In this document: positions 57,221 to 64,000 of the stretch, piece by piece
Layout: each line of letters starts with the position of its first letter
Numbering within the stretch: the first letter of the stretch is position 1
NCBI GenBank assembly: GCA_963744315.1
Contig: CAVUTB010000018.1
Location: forward strand, 74,147 to 138,146
Direction of reading: 5' to 3'
From: an uncultured Acidobacteriota bacterium
GTDB lineage: Bacteria > Acidobacteriota > Vicinamibacteria > Fen-336
DNA length: 64,000 nt
The notes under the pieces: generated by a model
The model's input: the letters and a program-made list of their open reading frames with translations, nothing else
Database searches by the model: none
What the model was told of the DNA's origin: nothing
Position numbers and translations under genes: made by a program

Positions 57221-57901
57221 TCAGAAGCGGAAGACGATGCCGCCCGAGAACTCGAACTGGTTCGAGTACTGCGAGTCGCCGACGACGTAGCAGCCCCAGT
57301 ACGGATCGCACCACCAGCCTTCGGCGTCGGACTTGATGTAGGTGGGCGTCCAGCGTACGGCGAGGTTCAGGCCGACCTTGGGGGCGGGATAGAGCTTCAC
57401 GCCGAGCGCCCAGGTGGTGGAGAACTGGGTCGCACTCCCGGTCTCGCCGGCGATGTTCCCGACACTGAAGGGCACTTTGCCATAGCTCGTCGCCCCGGCG
57501 CCGCCCAGGAAGTAGGGCCGCGCCTTGGCATCGGGGTCGCCGAAGTGGTAGGCGATGAACCCGTGGTAGTTGTTGACGCTCATGTCGCCGATCTCGCGCT
57601 CCTGCGTCCCGCCGACCGTGAGCGTGCTCTTCTGCTGGCCGAAGAGGAACCCGATCTCCAGGTTCGGATTCACGAAGAACCCTGCCTGGAGGTTGTACGA
57701 GAACGAATCCTTGGGCTCGATCGAGTTGTAGACGTTTCCGTCGCCGGCGATGACGCCGTCGAACGTCACGCCGTCGCTGAGCGTCCACCCGGCGCTGCCG
57801 CCGATCTCGATGCGCGGGTCCTGTGCCTGGGCCGGCGCCGCCGCCAGAAGCCCCACGCTGGCACACACACACGCGACCTGACGAATCACCGCTCGAGTCA
57901 T
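57221..57901 (-). CDS. Outer-membrane beta-barrel protein (OmpA/OmpW-like)
   Basis: Signal peptide MTRAVIRQVACVCASVGLLAAAPAQA. Alternating amphipathic beta-strands, C-terminal ...GGIVFRF. AGGGGG ribosome-binding site. Confidence 0.65.
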   Translation of the reverse strand: MTRAVIRQVACVCASVGLLAAAPAQAQDPRIEIGGSAGWTLSDGVTFDGVIAGDGNVYNSIEPKDSFSYNLQAGFFVNPNLEIGFLFGQQKSTLTVGGTQEREIGDMSVNNYHGFIAYHFGDPDAKARPYFLGGAGATSYGKVPFSVGNIAGETGSATQFSTTWALGVKLYPAPKVGLNLAVRWTPTYIKSDAEGWWCDPYWGCYVVGDSQYSNQFEFSGGIVFRF

Positions 57902-58004
57902 TACTTCCCCCTGTTCGGATCCCCCATCAAACACAATACGGCATCTCTTACTTGATTCATACGACCGTGCTCCCATCGTACGCAGGGGCGGGCCGAGCCG
58001 ATAT

Positions 58005-58022
58005 GGGACCAAGGTCCAATAG
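58005..58022. promoter_or_regulatory. Recurrent 18-nt motif, instance A (GGGACCAAGGTCCAATAG)
   Basis: Contains the palindrome GGACC-AA-GGTCC followed by AAT. See B-D. Confidence 0.35.
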
Positions 58023-58079
58023 CTCGAAGGCGGGAGCTCGCAGGAACCTGCGATAGGAGCCGAGGCCGTGCCTCGAGGC

Positions 58080-58500
58080 GGAGACCCGTAGCCATCTTCC
58101 GTCGCGCGTTCCTGGGGGCGGCGGCCCTGCCCTCTCGGCGCCAAGGTCTTCGGAGCGCCCGGCAAGCTGCCGATCGCGGCGTTCGGTGCCACGGGCGTCC
58201 AGGTGCCGCTGCTCGCCTGCGGCTGCGGCAGCCGTCCTGGCCTACAAGGACGACGACGAGGCGGTGGGCGTGCTGTCGCGCGCGATCGACCTCGGCTTCA
58301 GCTACGTCGACACCGCGAACAACTACGGCAACGGCAAGAGCGAGGAGCGCGTGGGCCGGCTCACGCCGCGCCGCGGCGAGGTCATCCGCCGACCAAGCTC
58401 GCCGCGCTGGCCAAGGCGAAGCTGCCAGCTCGAGGCGAGCTTCTGCGACCGGTCGACGTTCCAGCGCGGTGCCGAACTGATGCGACAGGCGCTGTGCTGA
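58080..58500 (+). pseudogene. Decayed partial duplicate of the aldo/keto reductase gene at 60482 (N-terminal ~100 codons, frame-shifted)
   Basis: 58137-58420 aligns at nucleotide level with 60535-60800 (estimated 80-85% identity). One 30-mer, ctacaaggacgacgacgaggcggtgggcgt, is identical. The reading frame is broken at ~58235 and ends prematurely. Confidence 0.5.
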
Positions 58501-58784
58501 AGGTCGTGCACGGGCCGCGCAGGACTTCAAGGCTGCCGGCACTCGACCTCGGGAACGATCGCAGGCGGCCCTGGAGCGCGACTTCGGCTGCAGTGGCGCG
58601 AACGTGCGGCGCGCGCATGAAGCTCGACGCAAGATGGGCCGCAAGCCCGGCCAGATGGCGATTCAAGCTGGCGCTCGCGCTCGTGGAGGCCGTCCAGTCG
58701 AACGGCGGCGCCGAGGCCGCTCAGCTGCTGGCGACCGCCCTCGAGTAGGGAGCCTCCACCCCCATCCCCGGGGGCAAGCGCCGT

Positions 58785-58802
58785 AAGACCAAAGGCCAAT
58801 AG
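58785..58802. promoter_or_regulatory. Recurrent 18-nt motif, instance B (AAGACCAAAGGCCAATAG)
   Basis: 34 bp upstream of the NarL-type regulator start. Confidence 0.35.
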
Positions 58803-58835
58803 ACACGCCCGCCGGCCGTGTGAAGGATTGCAGGC

Positions 58836-59477
58836 GTGAGGCCCCGCGTCGTGCTGGCCGATTCGCAGGCCGTGCTCGCGGAGGCGCTCGCGTGCCTGCT
58901 CGAGCCGGACTTCGACGTGGCCGGCGTCGTCACCGACGGGATCGAGCTGGTGAAGCAGGCGACGCGCCTGTCGCCCGCGCTCGTAGTGACGGACGTGTCG
59001 TTGCCGCGCCTGGGCGGCCTCGCGGCTGCGGGCCGCGTGCTTCAAGCGCGGCCCGGCACGCGCGTGGTGTTGCTGACCGCCTGTGAAGACCTCCAGGTGG
59101 CCGCCCAGGCGTTCGAGCTGGGAGCGGCAGGCTATGTGCTGCGGAGCACCGGCGCCCGCGAGTTCCTGCGGGCCCTCAGGACGGTCCTGCGCGGCGGGCG
59201 CTGGCTGTCGGTCGCTCTCGCCGGGGGCGATCCCGACGCGCTCGAGCCCCAGCCTCCCGCGCTCGAGCCTCTCGGGCGCCTCAGCCCGCGCAAGCGCGAG
59301 GTCGTGCGGCTGCTCGCCGAGGGGCATTCCATGAAGCAGGCAGCGGCGGTCCTGGGCATCAGCACCCGGACTGTGGCCTACCATAAGTACCAGGCGATGG
59401 AGGCGCTGGCCGTGCGCTCGTCCGCACAGCTCGTACGCTTCGCGGTCGAAAGCCGGCTGATCGGAGCGGGCGTCTAG
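58836..59477 (+). CDS. NarL/LuxR-family response regulator
   Basis: VVLADSQAVLAEAL...VVTDVSLPRLGG. C-terminal LSPRKREVVRLLAEGHSMKQAAAVLGISTRTVAYHK. Confidence 0.75.
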   Translation: MRPRVVLADSQAVLAEALACLLEPDFDVAGVVTDGIELVKQATRLSPALVVTDVSLPRLGGLAAAGRVLQARPGTRVVLLTACEDLQVAAQAFELGAAGYVLRSTGAREFLRALRTVLRGGRWLSVALAGGDPDALEPQPPALEPLGRLSPRKREVVRLLAEGHSMKQAAAVLGISTRTVAYHKYQAMEALAVRSSAQLVRFAVESRLIGAGV

Positions 59478-59500
59478 CGCCTCTTACCGAGGCTAGAGCC

Positions 59501-60361
59501 GTGAAGAAGCTGCGCGGCATCCAACGCAGCGTGGACCGCCACTGGGTGGGCAACGGCTTCCCGGTGCGGACGCTCTTCGCCTACCCGAACGAGGGGGAGC
59601 TGCTGAGCCCCTTCCTGCTGCTCGACTACGCCGGGCCCACCGAGTTCACGCCCACGACCGAGCGGCGGGGCGTCGGACCTCACCCGCACCGCGGGTTCGA
59701 GACCGTCACGATCGTGTATGCCGGCGAGGTCGAGCACCGCGACTCGTCGGGCGGCGGCGGCCGCATCGGCGAGGGCGACGTGCAATGGATGACGGCCGCC
59801 TCGGGAATCGTGCACGAGGAGTTCCACGGGCGCGAGTACGCGACGCGAGGCGGACCCTTCGAGATGGTCCAGCTCTGGGTCAACCTGCCGCGCAAGGACA
59901 AGATGGCGCCTCCCGGGTACCAGGCGATCACGGACAGCCGGATTCCATCCGTGCCGCTGCCCGGCGGGCTCGGCACGGCACGCGTGATCGCGGGGGAGCT
60001 CGCCGGCGCGAAAGGCCCCGCCCGCACCTTCACGCCGCTGCACGTCGTCGACCTCAAGCTGCACGGCACGAAGCGGGAGCAGATCGCCGTGCCGGACGGC
60101 TGGACGACGGCCGTCGTGGTGCTGCGTGGCTCGCTGCGGGTGGAGGGCTCGGACCCGATCGAGGAAGCGGAAATCGGGCTGTTCGACCGCGAGGGCGCGG
60201 ACATCGCGATCGACGAGGCGAGCGAAGCGCGCGCGCTGCTGCTCGCGGGGGAGCCGATCCACGAGCCGATCGTCGGGATGGGCCCGTTCGTGATGAACAG
60301 CCCCGGTGAGATCCGCCAGGCGATGATCGACTTCGAGAGCGGTCGGATGGGACGGCTGTAG
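59501..60361 (+). CDS. Pirin-family (cupin) protein
   Basis: GTG start. HPHRGFETVTIVYAGEVEHRDSSG...VQWMTAASGIVHEE. Bicupin with a metal-binding His cluster. Confidence 0.8.
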   Translation: MKKLRGIQRSVDRHWVGNGFPVRTLFAYPNEGELLSPFLLLDYAGPTEFTPTTERRGVGPHPHRGFETVTIVYAGEVEHRDSSGGGGRIGEGDVQWMTAASGIVHEEFHGREYATRGGPFEMVQLWVNLPRKDKMAPPGYQAITDSRIPSVPLPGGLGTARVIAGELAGAKGPARTFTPLHVVDLKLHGTKREQIAVPDGWTTAVVVLRGSLRVEGSDPIEEAEIGLFDREGADIAIDEASEARALLLAGEPIHEPIVGMGPFVMNSPGEIRQAMIDFESGRMGRL

Positions 60362-60481
60362 AGGCAGGCCCAGGCCGCCGAGAGGGTCCTTGGCGAGGGA
60401 TCCGATAATGGGAAGCGCCGCCAAGTCCGAACCGCGGTACGATCCCCGGCGAGGCAGGTCACGCCTCGAAGGAGGAGCCAC

Positions 60482-61447
60482 GTGAGCATCTCCCGCCGCG
60501 CGTTCCTGGGGACAGCGGCCCTCGCTCCGCTCGGTGCCAAAGTCTTCGCCGCCGTGGGGAAGCTCCCGACGCGCGCCTTCGGCAAGACGGGCGTCAAGGT
60601 GCCGATCCTCGCCTTCGGCTGCGGCAGCCGCTACCTCGCCTACAAGGACGACGACGAGGCGGTGGGCGTACTGTCCCGAGCCATCGACCTCGGCTACACC
60701 TACCTCGACACCGCCAACAACTACGGGAACGGGAAGAGCGAAGAGCGCGTCGGACGGCTGATGGCCAGCCGTCGCGGCGAGGTCTTCCTGCAGACCAAGA
60801 TCGCCGCGCGCAAGGGCGACGAGGCGCAGCGCCAGATCGAAGCCAGCCTGAAGCGCCTGCAGACCGACAGGCTCGACGTGCTCCACATTCACAGCCTGAC
60901 GAGCATGGATGACCTGGCCGCGATCGAGGCGGCGGACGGCGTGCTCAAGGTCGTCCAGCAGGCGAAGGAGCAGAAGATCGCGCGCTTCATCGGCATCACC
61001 GGCCACGCGAACCCGGCGGCGATGCAGGCCGCCCTCGAGCGGCACGATTTCGACTGCGTGCAGATGGCGCTGAACGCCGCCCGCGCCCGCATGGAGTTCG
61101 ACGACAAGGGGCCGAACCCGGTCCCGATGGCGGATGCGAGCTACGAGACGCTCGCGCTGCCGGTGGCGGTCCGCAAGAAGATGGGCATCATAGCGATGAA
61201 GGTGTTCGGCCAGGATCGGCTGCTGGACAAGAACGCCCCCGACAAGCTGATGTATTACGCGCTGTCGCTCCCGGTCAGCCTCGGCCACCGTGGGGATGCC
61301 GAAGCCCGACCTGCTCGAGAAGAACGTCGCGCTCGCGCGCTCGTTCGCCCCGCTCGCGCCGGGAGAGATGCAGTCGCTCCGCGCCGCCGTCGGCGAAGCG
61401 AAGGGAAGGGAGCTCGCGCAGTTCTTCGCACACCACCAGGACGCGTA
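60482..61447 (+). CDS. Tat-exported aldo/keto reductase, with a frame change ~61290
   Basis: SRRAFLGTAALAPLGA is a Tat motif. LDTANNYGNGKSEE and IGITGH. The corrected C-terminus reads ...LSLPVSLATVGMPKPDLLEKNVALARSFAPL...FFAHHQDA, TAG at 61445-61447. Confidence 0.75.
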
Positions 61448-61563
61448 GCCGCACGCGGAGGCCCTGGTCGACGCGGCCGGAACCAACTACGGGATGCTGC
61501 GGATGCAGGACGCCATGAAGCGGCTGAAGCACGTCGAGAGCATCGCGCCTCCGCGCAACTGAT

Positions 61564-61959
61564 TCACGGATTCGAGGAAGGAGCCGCGCCGGCGAGAACC
61601 CGCGCGCAGGTCTCGAGCAGGGCGTCCACGCCGAGCAGCTTGTCGTGGCGCGCCCGCACCAGCGGCGAGTCGAGGAAGCCGTGGCGAATCTCGGCGGTCA
61701 TCAGGACCACCGGGACGTCGATGCCCTCGGCCTCGACCCGCTCCAGGAACTCGCTGCCGTCCATGACCGGCATCCGCAGGTCGAGCAGGACCAGGTCGGG
61801 TCGGCGCCGCCGGACCTCCGCGAGGGCCTGCTCGCCGTCGGCGGCGACGACGAGGTCGTAGGTGCGGGACAGGACCCGTTCCAGCATGTGCCGGATCGAA
61901 GCGTCGTCGTCGACGGCGAGCACTCTCTTCCTGATGTCGGTCGGCTTGCTGTTGTCCAT
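61564..61959 (-). CDS. CheY-like single-domain response regulator
   Basis: RVLAVDDDASIRHMLERVL...LVLLDLRMPVMDGSEFL...VVLMTA. Confidence 0.75.
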   Translation of the reverse strand: MDNSKPTDIRKRVLAVDDDASIRHMLERVLSRTYDLVVAADGEQALAEVRRRRPDLVLLDLRMPVMDGSEFLERVEAEGIDVPVVLMTAEIRHGFLDSPLVRARHDKLLGVDALLETCARVLAGAAPSSNP

Positions 61960-62012
61960 CCGGGTTGTCGTCCATCCTCCGTCGCGCCGCCAAGGATAGG
62001 CCAGGCCGGCCT

Positions 62013-62030
62013 AGGACCAAAGTCCAATCG
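62013..62030. promoter_or_regulatory. Recurrent 18-nt motif, instance C (AGGACCAAAGTCCAATCG)
   Basis: Lies in the divergent region between the regulator gene (start 61959) and the HAD gene (62107). Confidence 0.35.
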
Positions 62031-62106
62031 ACGCTGCCGGACCGGGCTTGTAGAGTTCGCGTGGCGGAGCCTGTCGGGACGCCTGCCCCAAGGAGAAATC
62101 CAGATC

Positions 62107-63096
62107 ATGCCGAGAATGCAGCGAACGTCCCTCGTCCTTGCCGCGGCACTCGTGTCGGCCACGGCGGCCGCGCAGACCACGGACCCGCTGGCGTCGTGGA
62201 ACGACGGGCCGGCGAAGCAGGCGATCGTCAAGTTCGTGGCGGAGGTGACGAGCGAGGGCGCCGCGTTCGTGGAGCCGGCCCAGCGAATCGCGGTCTTCGA
62301 CAACGACGGCACGCTCTGGTCCGAGCAGCCGATCTACTTCCAGCTCGCCTTCGCGCTCGACCGGGTGAAGGCGATGGCGCCCAAGCACCCCGAGTGGAAG
62401 ACGCAGGAGCCCTACAAGACGCTGCTCGCCGGAGACGTGAAGGGCGCGCTCGCGCAGGGCGAGAAGGCGATGCTCGGGATCCTGGCCGCGACGCACAGCG
62501 GCATGACGACCGAGGAGTTCGCCTCGAGCGTCGAGGCCTGGGCGGCGAGCGCCAAGCACCCGAAGAGCGGTCGGCTCTACACCGAGATGGTCTACCAGCC
62601 CATGCTCGAGCTGCTCCGCTACCTGCGGGGGAAGGGCTTCAAGACCTTCATCGTCTCCGGCGGCGGTGTCGAGTTCATGCGCGCCTGGGCCGAGAAGGCC
62701 TACGGCATCCCGCCGGAGCAGGTGGTGGGAAGCAGCGGCGTCACGAGGTTCGAGCTGCGGCCGAACGGTCCCGTGCTGCTGAAAGAAGCCAAGATGGAGT
62801 TCGTCGACGACGGGCCGGGCAAGCCGGTCGGCATCAACCGCTTCATCGGGCGGCGTCCGATCCTGGCGTTCGGCAACTCCGACGGCGACCACCAGATGCT
62901 GCAGTGGACCGCGGCCGGATCGGGGCGTCGCTTGCTCGGGCTCGTGCACCATACCGACGCCGAGCGCGAGTGGGCCTACGACCGGCAGTCGCACATCGGC
63001 AAGCTCGACAAGGCGCTCGACGAGGCGCTGCAGCGGGACTGGGCGGTCGTCGACATGAAGAAGGACTGGAAGCGCATCTATCCTTTCGAGAAATAG
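62107..63096 (+). CDS. Secreted HAD-like hydrolase (subfamily IB; phosphatase-like)
   Basis: Signal peptide MPRMQRTSLVLAAALVSATAAA. VFDNDGTLW (motif I) ... FGNSDGD (motif IV). Confidence 0.65.
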   Translation: MPRMQRTSLVLAAALVSATAAAQTTDPLASWNDGPAKQAIVKFVAEVTSEGAAFVEPAQRIAVFDNDGTLWSEQPIYFQLAFALDRVKAMAPKHPEWKTQEPYKTLLAGDVKGALAQGEKAMLGILAATHSGMTTEEFASSVEAWAASAKHPKSGRLYTEMVYQPMLELLRYLRGKGFKTFIVSGGGVEFMRAWAEKAYGIPPEQVVGSSGVTRFELRPNGPVLLKEAKMEFVDDGPGKPVGINRFIGRRPILAFGNSDGDHQMLQWTAAGSGRRLLGLVHHTDAEREWAYDRQSHIGKLDKALDEALQRDWAVVDMKKDWKRIYPFEK

Positions 63097-63174
63097 CAGG
63101 GTCGGGGCCGTTCCGGCCACGTCGCCGACCTCGACATCCAGCCACCGGATGCGCTACACCTGACAGGGAGGCCC

Positions 63175-64000
<826 letters not shown>

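Overview
This 64-kb window comes from a very GC-rich (about 70%) Gram-negative genome. Tat and lipoprotein signal peptides, TonB-dependent receptors with an N-terminal carboxypeptidase-regulatory-like domain (called Oar-like below), DUF4388 domains, an STPK and many GTGA/ATGA start-stop overlaps are consistent with a Myxococcota/Acidobacteria-like organism, but that is inference. Most ORFs in the six-frame track are antisense or out-of-frame artefacts of the GC content. The supported content, in order, is as follows.

1. **1-10 kb, chemosensory-like adaptation module (+ strand).** A 5'-truncated HEAT-repeat protein is followed by CheR, CheB, a DUF4388/Pro-rich/REC protein and a coiled-coil GAF protein. 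A BchI/ChlI-like AAA+ ATPase, a VWA protein and a CheY-like response regulator follow.
2. **10-19 kb, amino-sugar and nucleoside salvage neighbourhood.** This holds a GH3 NagZ-like hydrolase, a BadF-type sugar kinase, two CBM9-like proteins, a PilZ protein, a DAACS symporter, a Tat-exported sugar-phosphate isomerase, a HAD hydrolase and a nucleoside hydrolase.
3. **19.4-22.2 kb.** A heavily decayed Oar-like TonB-dependent receptor pseudogene.
4. **22.3-30 kb.** Two convergent sulfatase-TPR paralogues and a fadBA operon.
5. **30.1-31.2 kb.** A REP-like palindromic element, a promoter-leader-intrinsic-terminator unit upstream of a YkuK/DUF458-like gene, and a tRNA-like sequence whose acceptor stem does not pair.
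6. **31.4-35.6 kb.** An SPFH protein and a multidomain Ser/Thr kinase carrying DUF4388, J-domain and TPR regions.
7. **35.5-52.4 kb, aromatic (hydroxycinnamate to 4-hydroxybenzoate to protocatechuate to beta-ketoadipate) island.**
   - TonB-dependent receptor-pcaH-pcaG-pcaB-pcaD-pcaC on the minus strand.
   - Divergent pcaR (IclR-type), a MetE-like methyltransferase-fold gene and pobA.
   - An amidohydrolase-2 gene, a feruloyl-CoA-synthetase-like gene, an enoyl-CoA hydratase/3-hydroxyacyl-CoA dehydrogenase gene and an MFS transporter.
8. **52.4-64 kb, two-component signalling cluster.**
   - A MASE1/GAF/PAS histidine kinase, LuxR-type and CheY-type regulators, a secreted PI3K/PI4K-like protein and an OmpA-like beta-barrel.
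   - An aldo/keto reductase with a decayed partial duplicate, a pirin, a secreted HAD hydrolase and a 3'-truncated MoxR ATPase.
   - An 18-nt motif recurring four times in these intergenic regions.

Many genes carry frame changes. Those I could localise sit in short C or G runs, so assembly indel error is likely. The TonB-dependent receptor at 19.4-22.2 kb is so densely disrupted that it is probably a genuine pseudogene.
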